Source: Myxococcota bacterium
GTDB lineage: Bacteria > Myxococcota_A > UBA9160 > PR03
Direction of reading: 5' to 3'
DNA length: 64,000 bases
Assembly (NCBI GenBank): GCA_041611735.1
Contig: JBFIML010000003.1
Location: forward strand, 64,001 to 128,000
In this document: positions 35,083 through 45,200 of the stretch, in pieces
Position numbering within the stretch: position 1 is the stretch's first letter
How the letters are laid out: every line of letters begins with the position of its first letter
Program-made: the position numbers and the translations under genes
The notes under the pieces: generated by a model
The model's input: the letters and a program-made list of their open reading frames with translations, nothing else
Told to the model about the DNA's origin: nothing
Databases searched by the model: none

Positions 35083-36239
35083 GCCACCACGCCCTGGGCC
35101 AGCAGCTTCTCGAGCTCCGGCGTCCCCATGCCCGCTGCCCGCAACAGGGCCTCGGTGTCGGTGCGCTCGGGGTCCGGCAGCGGCATGGCCCTGCGCTCCG
35201 CGCCCGCCAGCACGGGGGCGAGCTGGCGCACGCGACCGTGACGGGGATGCTCCGCCTCGACGAAGGCCCCGCGGCCCGCCAGCTGCGGGTGCTCCACCAG
35301 CTCGGGAACGGTCAGGACCGGGGCCACGCAGGTGTCCGCCGCCGCGAGCCGCGCCACCCATGCGTCCCGGTCGTCCCGCGCAAAGGCCCGGCGCAGGTCG
35401 GCCCGGATCGCGTCCTGGCGGGCCTCGTCCAGCTGGTGCGGGATCCAGCCCTCGAGATCGAGCGCCCGGCACAGGTTGGCCCAGAAGACCGGCTCCAGGG
35501 CCGCCACCGCCAGCCAGCGCCCGTCACGGGCCGGGTAGAGCTCGTAGCAGGCGTAGCCCCCGGTGAGCAGCGAGCAGCCGGGCCCCGGGACCTGGCCGGT
35601 GGCCAGGTACTCGTCCACCGCCAGCGCCATCAGGTGCAGCACGCCCTCCGCCACCGCCACGTCCAGGTGTCGCCCGCGACCGCTCTCGCGCCGCCGAAGC
35701 AGCGCAGCCAGGATCGCGATGGCCGCGTGCATGCCGCCGGCGGCCGCGTCCGCCACGGTGGCCCCCGGGAGCGCCGGACCCCCGTCGGCCCGGCGGCCGG
35801 AGCAGGCCAGGAAGCCCCCCAGGGCCAGGTAGTCGAGATCGTGGCCGGCCCAGGCGGCGGCGGGACCGTCCTGGCCGTAGCCGCTGGTCGAGCAGTAGAC
35901 GATCGCCGGGTTCACGCGGCGCACGTCCTCGTAGCCGACGCCGAGACGCCGGGCCACACCGGGGCGGAAGCTTTCGACCACCACGTCGGCCTTGGCGGCG
36001 AGCCGCAGGAAGGCCGCACGGCCCTCGGGAGCCTTCAGGTCGATGCAGACCCGCTTCGCGCCGCGACCGGCGCCGTAGGCCCACCAGGGCGGCTCCGTCC
36101 CGACGCCGCGCCGGGGGGGCGCTGCCACCTTCACCAGCGTGGCGCCGTAGTCCGCCAGGATGCGTGTGCAGCGGGCAGCGGGACCCACGCTGGAGAAGTC
36201 GAGCACGCTGACGTCCTGGAGGAGACCCGCGGAAGCCAT
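35079..36239 (-). CDS. CaiB/BaiF family III CoA-transferase fold, alpha-methylacyl-CoA racemase-like
   Basis: VLDFSSVGP, ESFRPGVARRLGVG, GYGQDGP, AGHDLDY and ADAAAGGM (racemase-type His/Asp). Confidence 0.88.
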   Translation of the reverse strand: MASAGLLQDVSVLDFSSVGPAARCTRILADYGATLVKVAAPPRRGVGTEPPWWAYGAGRGAKRVCIDLKAPEGRAAFLRLAAKADVVVESFRPGVARRLGVGYEDVRRVNPAIVYCSTSGYGQDGPAAAWAGHDLDYLALGGFLACSGRRADGGPALPGATVADAAAGGMHAAIAILAALLRRRESGRGRHLDVAVAEGVLHLMALAVDEYLATGQVPGPGCSLLTGGYACYELYPARDGRWLAVAALEPVFWANLCRALDLEGWIPHQLDEARQDAIRADLRRAFARDDRDAWVARLAAADTCVAPVLTVPELVEHPQLAGRGAFVEAEHPRHGRVRQLAPVLAGAERRAMPLPDPERTDTEALLRAAGMGTPELEKLLAQGVVA

Positions 36240-36241
36240 GC

Positions 36242-37426
36242 CTAGAAGTTCTTGGGAAGGCCCAGCTTGCGGCGCGCGATGATGTTCTTCTGGATCTCGG
36301 AGGCGCCGCCGCCGATGGTGTCGATGACCGAGTATCGGTAGCTCATCTCGGGCCGCCCGCGCAGCGGCGCCCCCGGCGTGCGCAGCCGCAGCTGGCCGCC
36401 GGGCCCCACCACGTCGAGAGTCGCGTCGGCCAGCCGCTGGGAGAGCTGCGTGGCGTAGAGCTTGTACTCGGAGGCCTCCACGGTGGGCGGCTTTCCGCCC
36501 TGCATGGAACGGGCCACGAAGCGCAGGCCCAGGCCGCGGGCCACCTCCATCCAGGTGGCCAGCCACGCCAGGGTCCGGCGCACGATCGGGTCGTCGCGCA
36601 GCGGCTCCCCGTCGCGCGTCTCCGCCTCGACGTACTCGATCAGCTCCTCGAAGCGCTGCTGGATGGGCGAGAAGGTGAACATCGTGAAGCGCTCGAGGTC
36701 GAGGGCCTCGGAGACGTACTGGAAGCCGCGATTCAACTCTCCCACCACGTAGTCGTCGGAAACGAAGACGTCGTCGAAGTAGACCGCGTTGGTCCGCTCG
36801 TCCCCGATGGTGGGCATGGCCTGGATCGTGAGGCCCGGGTGGTCCATGGGGATCAGGAAGAGCGTGATGCCCTGGTGCTTCGACGCGGGGTCCGTGCGCG
36901 CCCCGACCCAGTACCAGTCGGCGAAGTGGGCGGAGGTGGTCCAGATCTTCTGACCGTTCAGCACCCAGCCGCATCGCGCGTCGTCGCGGGTGGCGCGGAG
37001 CTGCATGTTGGCGGCGTCCGAGCCGGCCTGGGGCTCGCTGTAGCCGATGGCGAACTCGATCTCGGCGCGCACGATGCGGGGCAGGAACTCGCGCTTCAGC
37101 CGCTCGCTCCCGTGGCGGATCAGGGTCTTGCCGACGATGCCGGCGCCCTTGCCGATCTGCGGGCAGCCGCGCCGGGCCAGGGCCTCGTTCAGGAGGTACT
37201 CGTAGACGCCTTCCTTCTCCTGGCCGCCGTACTCCCGGGGCCAGCTCATGCCGATCCAGCCCCGGGCGGCCAGCTGCTTCATGAAGGCGCGCCGGGCGGG
37301 CGTGTCCACGATCTGCGCCATGTTCTCGCGCGTCACGTCCGCCACGTCCTGGGTGGCGTGCTCGTCGAGGAACTTCTCCACCTCCTCGGCGAAGGCGCGC
37401 TCCTCGTCGGAGAACTCGAAGTCCAC
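36242..37426 (-). CDS. Acyl-CoA dehydrogenase, alpha-type subunit (FadE26/FadE29-like)
   Basis: AIGYSEPQAGSD, NGQKIWTT, ALDLER, TIGGGASEIQKNIIA; GTG after GGAGGAG. Confidence 0.93.
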   Translation of the reverse strand: MDFEFSDEERAFAEEVEKFLDEHATQDVADVTRENMAQIVDTPARRAFMKQLAARGWIGMSWPREYGGQEKEGVYEYLLNEALARRGCPQIGKGAGIVGKTLIRHGSERLKREFLPRIVRAEIEFAIGYSEPQAGSDAANMQLRATRDDARCGWVLNGQKIWTTSAHFADWYWVGARTDPASKHQGITLFLIPMDHPGLTIQAMPTIGDERTNAVYFDDVFVSDDYVVGELNRGFQYVSEALDLERFTMFTFSPIQQRFEELIEYVEAETRDGEPLRDDPIVRRTLAWLATWMEVARGLGLRFVARSMQGGKPPTVEASEYKLYATQLSQRLADATLDVVGPGGQLRLRTPGAPLRGRPEMSYRYSVIDTIGGGASEIQKNIIARRKLGLPKNF

Positions 37427-37452
37427 GGCAAGCTCCTCCCGGGTCGGCCTAT

Positions 37453-37476
37453 TTACGGAACGTAGCGTATTGTAAT
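37453..37476. promoter_or_regulatory. Operator-like imperfect palindrome overlapping a minus-strand -10 (TACAAT)
   Basis: TTACGGAACG-TAG-CGTATTGTAA; core shared with 63501-63517. Confidence 0.55.
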
Positions 37477-37561
37477 CCGAGAGGGTCTTTCCCCGCGGGG
37501 GATCCAGCCTGGGGAGGGTCGGGCTGCGATACGCTCGGGCCCCAACGGCGGGAGGCGGTGG

Positions 37562-38812
37562 ATGCGCGTCGACGAGGTCCTCCACGAGGAGCGCGCCCGG
37601 TGGGGCAAGCCCCTGGACGGGGTGCGCGTGCTGGCCCTGGAGCAGATGCAGGCCCTTCCCTATGCGACCCAGCTCCTCGCCCGCCTGGGCGCCGACGTGG
37701 TGAAGGTCGAGCCGCCCGGGCGGGGCGACTCGGGACGCGCCTCCCAGCCGGCCCTCACGGACTCCGACGGGCGAAGCGTGGGCGCCACCTTCCTGCGCAA
37801 CAACCTCTCCAAGCGCAGCATCGCCGTCGACCTCAAACACGAGGTCGGCCGGGAGCTGGTCAAGCGGCTGGTCCCCCACTTCGACGTGGTGGCCGAGAAC
37901 TTCAAGGCCGGCGCCCTGGAGAAGCTCGGCCTCGGCTACGAGGCCCTGGCCGCCGGAGCACCGCGCCTCGTCTACGTCTCGATCTCCGGCTTCGGCAGCC
38001 GAACCGGCAGCCCCTACGCCGCGTGGCCGGCCTACGCGCCCATCGCCGAGGCCATGGCGGGCCTGTACGAACCGAACCGCAAGCCGGGCGAGCCGCCGCC
38101 GGTGGTGGTGGCGGGCGCCCTGGGCGACGTGGCGAGCGCACTGTTCGCGGTGATCGGCGTGCTCGCGGCCCTGCGTCAGCGCGAGCGCACCGGCGTCGGC
38201 CAGCAGGTGGACGTGGCCATGCTCGACGCCATGCTGGCCGTCTCCGACATGCCGCCCTTCCTGTGGTCCATGGGCGCGCCGACCCAGTGGGCGGCGGCGG
38301 GGCACCTGGCCCTGTGCGCCGCCTTCCAGGCGCGCGACGGCTGGTTCGTGGTGGCGGTCTTCCGGGAGCACCACTTCGAGCGCCTGGCCCACGCGCTGGG
38401 ACACCCGGAGTGGATCGGCGACCCGCGCTTCGCCACCCGCGAGGGCTGGGCGAAGCACACCGACGCGGTGATCCGGCCGGCCCTGGAGGCCTGGGCAGCC
38501 ACACGCACCAAGCTCCAGGCGGCCCGGGAGCTGAGCGAGCACGGGATCGCCGCGGGCCCGAGCCAGACGGCGGAGGATCTCCACGCCGACCCCCACGTGC
38601 GCGCCCACCACATGCTGATCGAGGTGCCGCGTCCCGACGGCGGGCGCCCGTTCCTGGTGGTCGGGAACCCCGTCAAGCTCTCCCACATGGCCGAGGGGCC
38701 CGTGCGCCGCTTCCCGCGCCTCGGCGAGCACACCGACGACGTGCTGCGCGCCACCCTGGGCCTGGCCGAGGCGGAGCTGGCGGAGCTGCGCGCCCAGGGA
38801 GCCATCGCATGA
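37562..38812 (+). CDS. CaiB/BaiF family III CoA-transferase
   Basis: PLDGVRVL, LGADVVKVEPP, NLSKRSIAVDLK, ENFKAG, ISGFG, GALGDVA. Confidence 0.93.
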   Translation: MRVDEVLHEERARWGKPLDGVRVLALEQMQALPYATQLLARLGADVVKVEPPGRGDSGRASQPALTDSDGRSVGATFLRNNLSKRSIAVDLKHEVGRELVKRLVPHFDVVAENFKAGALEKLGLGYEALAAGAPRLVYVSISGFGSRTGSPYAAWPAYAPIAEAMAGLYEPNRKPGEPPPVVVAGALGDVASALFAVIGVLAALRQRERTGVGQQVDVAMLDAMLAVSDMPPFLWSMGAPTQWAAAGHLALCAAFQARDGWFVVAVFREHHFERLAHALGHPEWIGDPRFATREGWAKHTDAVIRPALEAWAATRTKLQAARELSEHGIAAGPSQTAEDLHADPHVRAHHMLIEVPRPDGGRPFLVVGNPVKLSHMAEGPVRRFPRLGEHTDDVLRATLGLAEAELAELRAQGAIA

Positions 38813-39960
38813 AGGGCCGCACGCGCGGCGCCAGGCACCGCCAGGCGGTCGTGGTCGGGATCCACGCGCTTCCCTTCTCCAAGGACATGGGCATGACCGA
38901 GCGCAAGAGCGGGGCCCTGGCCATCCTGGGCGCCCTGCGGGACGCGGGCCTCGCGGTGGCGGACGTGGACGGCATGTTCCGCTTCGTGTGGGAAGGCACC
39001 ACCGAGATGGAGATGGCGCGCATCCTGGGCGTGCGCAACCTGCGCGCCTTCGGCGAGGTGGACTACGGGGGTGGCGCGGGCGCCCCCACCGTCGCCCACG
39101 CGGCGCTGGCCATCGAGAACGATCTGGCGGACGTGGTGGTGGTGTGGCGCGCCCGCAACCGGAGCTCCGGTGGACGGCCCTGGGCGGCCCAGCTCCAGGC
39201 CAGCGGTCAGGACCAGTTCGAGCGGCCCTACCACGTGGTGCGTCCCGTGGACGGCATGGCCTTCCACACCCGCTACTGGATCCACCGCTATGGCTGGACG
39301 CCCGAGGTGCTGGGGCGGGTGGCGGTCACCCAGCGCGCCCACGCCCGGCGCAACCCCATGGCGCTCATGCAGAAGCCCATGAGCCTGGACGACTACCTGG
39401 CCGCCCGCCCGATCGCCGACCCCCTGCGCCTGTTCGACTGCTGCCTGGAGACGGACGGCGCCCTGGCCCTGGTGCTGACCAGCGCCGAGCGCGCCCGGGA
39501 CCTGGACGCCACCCCCGTCTACGTGACCGGCTTCGCCATGGGAAGCGGACCCCAGATGACGGCCATGACCTTCTTCTACGGGCCCGAGCTCGGCGCGACG
39601 CCGAACCGTTGGGTGGCACCGGAGCTCTGGCGCAACACGGGCCTCTCGCCCCGCGACATGGACGTGGTGCAGATCTACGATGCCTTCACTCCGCAGATCC
39701 CGATCGCTTTCGAGGAGTACGGTTTCTGTGGCGAGGGCGCGGCTCCGGCCTGGATGGCCGAGGAGCGGAACCCGCCCTACAACACCAGCGGCGGCGGCCT
39801 CTCGGAGGCCTACGTGCATGGCTTCAACCTCCTGGTGGAAGGCGTGCGGCAGGTGCGCGGGACCTCCACCTCCCAGGTGCCGGACGTGCGTCACTCCCTG
39901 GTGACGAGCGGAAACGTGGTCCCGACCGGGGCCATCGTGTTCTCGAAGGATGCGTGGTGA
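38809..39960 (+). CDS. SCP2-thiolase-like protein, Ltp2-type aldolase
   Basis: DYGGGAG (no nucleophilic Cys), LFDCCLETDG, QIYDAFT, NTSGGGLSEAYVHG. Confidence 0.88.
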   Translation: MKGRTRGARHRQAVVVGIHALPFSKDMGMTERKSGALAILGALRDAGLAVADVDGMFRFVWEGTTEMEMARILGVRNLRAFGEVDYGGGAGAPTVAHAALAIENDLADVVVVWRARNRSSGGRPWAAQLQASGQDQFERPYHVVRPVDGMAFHTRYWIHRYGWTPEVLGRVAVTQRAHARRNPMALMQKPMSLDDYLAARPIADPLRLFDCCLETDGALALVLTSAERARDLDATPVYVTGFAMGSGPQMTAMTFFYGPELGATPNRWVAPELWRNTGLSPRDMDVVQIYDAFTPQIPIAFEEYGFCGEGAAPAWMAEERNPPYNTSGGGLSEAYVHGFNLLVEGVRQVRGTSTSQVPDVRHSLVTSGNVVPTGAIVFSKDAW

Positions 39961-40418
39961 GCGCGGCGGGCTTCGACCCGGCCCGCGCCTTTCCGGTGCC
40001 GGTCCCGGACGCCGACACGCAGCCCTTCTGGGACGCCTGCCAGCGGCGGGAGCTCCAGATCCAACGCTGCGGCGATTGCGGCGCGTGGCTGTGGCAGCCT
40101 CGCCCGATCTGCTCCTCCTGCCAGGCGCCGGAACCCGCCTGGACGCGCGTCTCCGGCGACGGCGCCATCGCCTCCTGGATCGTGCTGCGCCCGCCCACGC
40201 TCCCGGCCTACGCGGACAAGGTCCCGTTCGTGGTGTTGCTGGTCGAGCTGGACGAGGGCGTGCGCCTGCTCGGCTACCTGGTGGACGACGCGGGAGACCT
40301 GCTACGGACCGACGGCGAGGCCGAGGGGGTCGCCATCGGGCGCCGGGTGGCGCTGCGCTTCCACGACCAGGCGGGCACGCTGCTCGCCTCCTGGACGCTG
40401 GTGGGAGAAGGTCCGTGA
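39957..40418 (+). CDS. DUF35 Zn-ribbon/OB-fold protein
   Basis: PFWDA...IQRCGDC...PRPICSSC, LVELDEGVR. Confidence 0.92.
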   Translation: MSAAGFDPARAFPVPVPDADTQPFWDACQRRELQIQRCGDCGAWLWQPRPICSSCQAPEPAWTRVSGDGAIASWIVLRPPTLPAYADKVPFVVLLVELDEGVRLLGYLVDDAGDLLRTDGEAEGVAIGRRVALRFHDQAGTLLASWTLVGEGP

Positions 40419-40957
40419 AGCACTTCGAAGCCATCCAGACCGCCCTGGAGCGCATCGCCGGGGCGCGACGGCTGCGCGAGGGCGGCGCCGACGAGGCCGA
40501 GCTCCAGGGCTTCGCCGCCCTCCTGACCCAGCTCGATGGCCACGTGCGCGAGACGATCCAGGAGGAGACCGCCGACCGGGCGCTGGCGGTGATCCGCAAG
40601 CTCGAGACCGGCGCCCGCCTCGGGGAGGACGACCTCGAGCTGATCCGCCTGTGGATGGTGAGCGACGCCGAGTTCTACGTGCAGCTGGAGAACGACCACC
40701 CGAACTGGGAGGAGGAGCTCGGGCGGCTGGCCGACGTCCTGGGAGGCCACCGGCGCTCGGTTCTCACCCTGGAGAACCTGGGCCGCATCCGCGGGACCCT
40801 GCGCGACGCCCTGCGCGTGGTGCAGGACCTGGTCTACTTCGAACAGCAGAAGCGACGGATCCGCGACTTCGAAGCCGCCATCCGACGGCTCGGCCGCGAG
40901 GACCGGCTCGCCCTGGCGCGCCTGCTGCAGCAGAAGCTCGAATCCGACGCGATGTGA
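40415..40957 (+). CDS. Hypothetical all-helical protein
   Basis: GTG overlapping the upstream stop, GC3-rich codons, charged helical composition; no family recognised. Confidence 0.7.
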   Translation: MKHFEAIQTALERIAGARRLREGGADEAELQGFAALLTQLDGHVRETIQEETADRALAVIRKLETGARLGEDDLELIRLWMVSDAEFYVQLENDHPNWEEELGRLADVLGGHRRSVLTLENLGRIRGTLRDALRVVQDLVYFEQQKRRIRDFEAAIRRLGREDRLALARLLQQKLESDAM

Positions 40958-40963
40958 GCCCGC

Positions 40964-42202
40964 CTAGAGCTCGTCCTTCACGAAGCGGCCGCCCTTCAGG
41001 ATCGCCTCGAGGCGTGAGCGGTCCTGGAGGACGGTCACGTCGGCGCTCGGGTCGCCCGCCACCACCAGCAGGTCGGCGAGCTTGCCCTCGGCGACGCCGC
41101 CGAGCTCGTCTCCCCGGCGCATCAGCTCCGCCCCGTTCCGGGTGGCCCAGCGGATCACGTCGAGGGCCGGGATGCCCACCGTGTTCACGTAGAGGTCCAG
41201 CTCCTCCGCGTAGGTCCCGTGGGGCATCATCAGGAGCCCGTAGTCGTCGCCCAGCACGAGCTTCACGCCGGCGGCGTTCGCCTCGGGCAGCATCTTGCGC
41301 ATGTTGTCGAAGTCGCCGCGGATGGGCCGCAGCTGCTCCGGCGTGGCCTGGGCCACGTTGTCCACGTCCCCGAGCAGCTTCTTCAGGAACAGCATGCTCG
41401 GGGCGAGGAACGTGCCCGCGCGCAGCATCGCGTCGATCACCTCGGCGTCGAGCTCGTCGCCGTGGTCGATCACGTCCACGCCGAGCTCGATGCACTCGAG
41501 CATCAGGTGCTTCCAGGGACAGTGGGCCCGCACCAGCTTGCCGCGCTCGTGGGCGGCCTCCACGGCGGCGCGCAGCTCGTCGCGGGAGAGTCCCCGGGTG
41601 GTGTTCGGCTCGGGGATCCCGTGTCCGCCGCTCGGGAAGAGCTTGATGATCTCGGCGCCGCGTCGGATCTCGGTGCGCACCTGCTTGCGAAATGCGTCCG
41701 GGCCGTCGCAGAGCAGGTGCCCGCCCGGGTTCCCGACCTCCCACCACCAGTCTCCCAGGGCGTTGTAGTCGCCGGTGGTGTCGAGCCCGTGGCTTCCCGC
41801 CAGGATGCGCGGCCCCTCGATCAGGCCGTCGTCGATGGCCATCTTGAGCTGGGCGTCGATGTCGTGGGGTCCGCCCGCCGAGACGACCCCCGTGAAGCCG
41901 CACAGCAGCGCCGTGCGCACGTTGTTCGCCGCCGCGATGGCCAGATAGGCCGGCGGCTTCTCGGTTCCCAGGGGAACCGGCTGCATGCTCACGTTCTGGT
42001 AGCTGGCATGGTAGTGGCAGGTGATGAGCCCGGGCATGAGGGTCCGGCCGGCCAGGTCGATCACCCGGTCGTCCGGACGCGGAGCCGGGCCGCGCTCGCC
42101 GACGGCGACGATGCGCTCCCCCTCCACGACCACGGTGCTCCCCGAGCGGGGCGGACGCTCTCCATCCAGCAGGTTGGCTCCCCGGAATACGATCCGCGAC
42201 AT
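40964..42202 (-). CDS. Metal-dependent amidohydrolase (Xaa-Pro dipeptidase-like subgroup)
   Basis: MPGLITCHYH, IKLFPSGG, RAHC, IDHG, GDDYG, GKLADLLVV.GDP. Confidence 0.92.
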   Translation of the reverse strand: MSRIVFRGANLLDGERPPRSGSTVVVEGERIVAVGERGPAPRPDDRVIDLAGRTLMPGLITCHYHASYQNVSMQPVPLGTEKPPAYLAIAAANNVRTALLCGFTGVVSAGGPHDIDAQLKMAIDDGLIEGPRILAGSHGLDTTGDYNALGDWWWEVGNPGGHLLCDGPDAFRKQVRTEIRRGAEIIKLFPSGGHGIPEPNTTRGLSRDELRAAVEAAHERGKLVRAHCPWKHLMLECIELGVDVIDHGDELDAEVIDAMLRAGTFLAPSMLFLKKLLGDVDNVAQATPEQLRPIRGDFDNMRKMLPEANAAGVKLVLGDDYGLLMMPHGTYAEELDLYVNTVGIPALDVIRWATRNGAELMRRGDELGGVAEGKLADLLVVAGDPSADVTVLQDRSRLEAILKGGRFVKDEL

Positions 42203-42231
42203 GTTCGGCTCCTCTCTCGCCCTCTCGCCGC

Positions 42232-45200
42232 TCAGCGGCCAACGGACGGGGCGGGCGCCCGGAGGCGGAAAGCCGCCAGGAGCTCGGCCTCCTTCTCCTT
42301 GGCCTCCGCCAGGTGGCGCTCCTTCACCAGGTCGAAGCCTCGCACGAGCTCCGGCAGGCTCGCAATCTGGACCGCCAGGTCGTGGCTCTGCGGAGAAAGG
42401 CCGTCGAGCAGCTCCGCCAGGGTGGCTTCGTACTCGCGGATCAGGGCGCGCTCGCGGCGGCGGTGCGCCGTCCAGCCGAAGGGGTCGAGGAGCGTTCCGC
42501 GCAGGAAGCGGCCCCGGGCCAGCAGCCGGAGCACCGGGAAGATCCAGGGCCCCAGGGCGTACTTGCGCGCGCGGCCGGTCTCCGGGTCGCGGCGGTTCGC
42601 GATCTGCGGCGCCAGGTGCAGCTCGACCCGGAAGTCACCCTCGAACTCCTGCGCGATCTGGCGCCGGAAGGAGCCGTCCGTCCACAGGCGTGCCACCTCG
42701 TACTCGTCCTTGTAGGCCAGGAGCTTGAAGTAGTAGCGGGCCACGGCCTCGGCCAGGCGCGTCTCGCCAGCCACCCGCTGGCGCTCGCGGGTGGCCACCC
42801 GCTCCACCCGCTCGGCGTAGCGGCGCGCATAGGCCGCGTCCTGGTAGCCGGTCAGGAACTCCACGCGGTGCGCCACCAGCCGCTCCAGGCCCGCCGGAGC
42901 CTCCCGCTCCGGCGCAGGGGGCCGCGCCACCGGCTCCACCGCGCCGAGATCGTGGGCGGCGAGACGGCCCCAGGCGAAGGCGCGCCGGTTCATCTCCACC
43001 GCCTGCCCGTTGAGCTCGATGGCGCGCTCCAGGGCGCCCCGCCCCACCGGCAGCCGGCCGCGCTGCCAGGCATGACCCACCAGGAAGAGGTTCGTGGCCA
43101 GGGCGTCGCCCAGCAGGGCGGTGGCCAGCTGCGTGGCCGGCAGGAACTCCGCGTCGCCTTCGCCCACGGCCTCGCGGATCGCCTCCTCCATGGCGCGGGA
43201 GGAGAGGTCGAGGTCCGGGTGGGTGGCGAAGTCGGAGGTCGGCGAGACGTGGGTGTTGACCACCGCCGCCGTGCGCCCCTTGGCCATGGCGGCCAGGCTC
43301 TCGGCCCCCGAAGCCACCACGATGTCGCAGCCGAGCACGAGGTCCGCCGCCCCGGCCGGGATGCGGGTGGCGTGCAGGTCCTCGGGGCGCCGGGCGATGC
43401 GCACGTGGCTCGTGACGGGTCCGTTCTTCTGGGCGAGACCCGTCACGTCGAGGACCGAGCAGCCCCGGCCCTCCAGGTGGGCCGCCATTCCGAGCAGGGC
43501 CCCGATGGTGACGACGCCGGTGCCGCCGATGCCCGTGATGAGCACGTTGCAGGGCCGCGCCAGGTCCGAGAGGGCCGGCTCCGGGAGACCCGCGAAGATC
43601 GCCTCTCCACCCGGATCCGCGGCGGCGCGAGCCGCCCGCCGCAGACGCCCGCCCCGCACCGTGACGAAGCTCGGGCAGTAGCCCTTGAGGCACGAATAGT
43701 CCTTGTTGCAGGAGGATTGGTTGATGCGCCGCTTGCGTCCGAACTCGGTCTCGACGGGCTCGATGGAGATACAGTTCGACTGCACGCTGCAGTCTCCGCA
43801 CCCCTCGCAGACGAGCTCGTTGATCACCACGCGGCGCTCCGGTTCCGGGAAGCTGCCCCGCTTGCGCAGGCGGCGCGCCTCGGCGGCGCAGGTCTGGTCG
43901 TAGACGAGGGCCGTGACCCCGGGAATCGCGCGCAGCTCGCGCTGCACCCGCTCGAGCTCGTCCCGATGATGGACGCTCACGCCCCTGGGAAACCGCGCGC
44001 TGCGCGGATACTTGTCCGGCGCGTCGCTCACCACGGCGATGCGCCGCACGCCCTCGGCGTCGAGCTGGCGCACGATCTCGGGCACGGTGACCTCGCCCTG
44101 GATCGACTCGCCCTCGATGGGCTGGCCGCCGGTCATGGCCACGGCCCCGTTCGCCAGGATCTTGTAGGTGATGTTCACCCCCGCCGTGACGGCGGCCCGG
44201 ATGGCCAGCAGCCCGGAGTGGAAGTAGGTGCCGTCGCCCAGGTTCTGGAACACGTGGGGGGTCTCGGTGAAAGGCGCGGCGCCGATCCAGTTGGCACCCT
44301 CGCCGCCCATCTGGGTGACCGCGAGGGTGCGGCGTTCGGGCAGCCAGACCGCCATGCCGTGGCAGCCGATCCCCCCCAGCGCGAAGGAGTCCTCGGGCAC
44401 CACGGTGGAGGTGTTGTGGGGGCAGCCGGAGCAGAAGGCGGGCAGCCGCGTCAGCGCGGCGGCCCGGCCCGGGGCCGCGTCCGGCGCTGGCGGTCGCAGC
44501 CAGGCCGCCGCCTCCGGGACGCGTCGCTCGATCCAGCGACGCAGGACCTGCGCCACCCGGGGCGGTGAGAGCTCGCCCTCGGCGGGAACCAGCGCCTCGC
44601 CGCGCTCGTCCGTCTTGCCCAGCAGACGCGGCCGGGGATCCTGGTTGTAGAGCAGCCGCGCAAGCTGCTCCTCCAGGAGCGGGCGCTTCTCCTCCACCAC
44701 CAGCAGGTCCTGGAGCCCGCGGGCAAAGCGCAACGCCCCCTGTGGCTCGAGGGGCCAGGTGAGGGCGACCTTGTAGACGACGAGTCCGAGCTCCCGCGCG
44801 TGCGCCTCGTCGACGCCGAGCTCCGCGAGCGCCTGGCGCACGTCCCCGTAGGTCTTGCCGGCGGTCACGATGCCGAGACGGGGCCGGGGCGCGTCCCACA
44901 CCACCCGGTCGAGACCGTTGGCGCGCACGAAGGCGCGCACGGCCTCGAGCCGCTGCTGGTAGAGCCGTCTCTCCACGGCCAGGGGCAGGTTCGCCCAGCC
45001 GATGTGGAGCCCCTCGGCGGGGGGCTGGAAGTCCTGGGGCGCGACGACGCGCACCCGGTCCGGGCCGACCTCCACCGAGCGCGCACTGTCCACCGTGTCG
45101 GTCAGACACTTCATGGCGACCCAGCAGCCCGAGAAGCGCGAGAGCGCCCAGCCCTGGAGCCCGAGATCCAGGTACTCCTGCACGTCGGCGGGGTTGAGGA

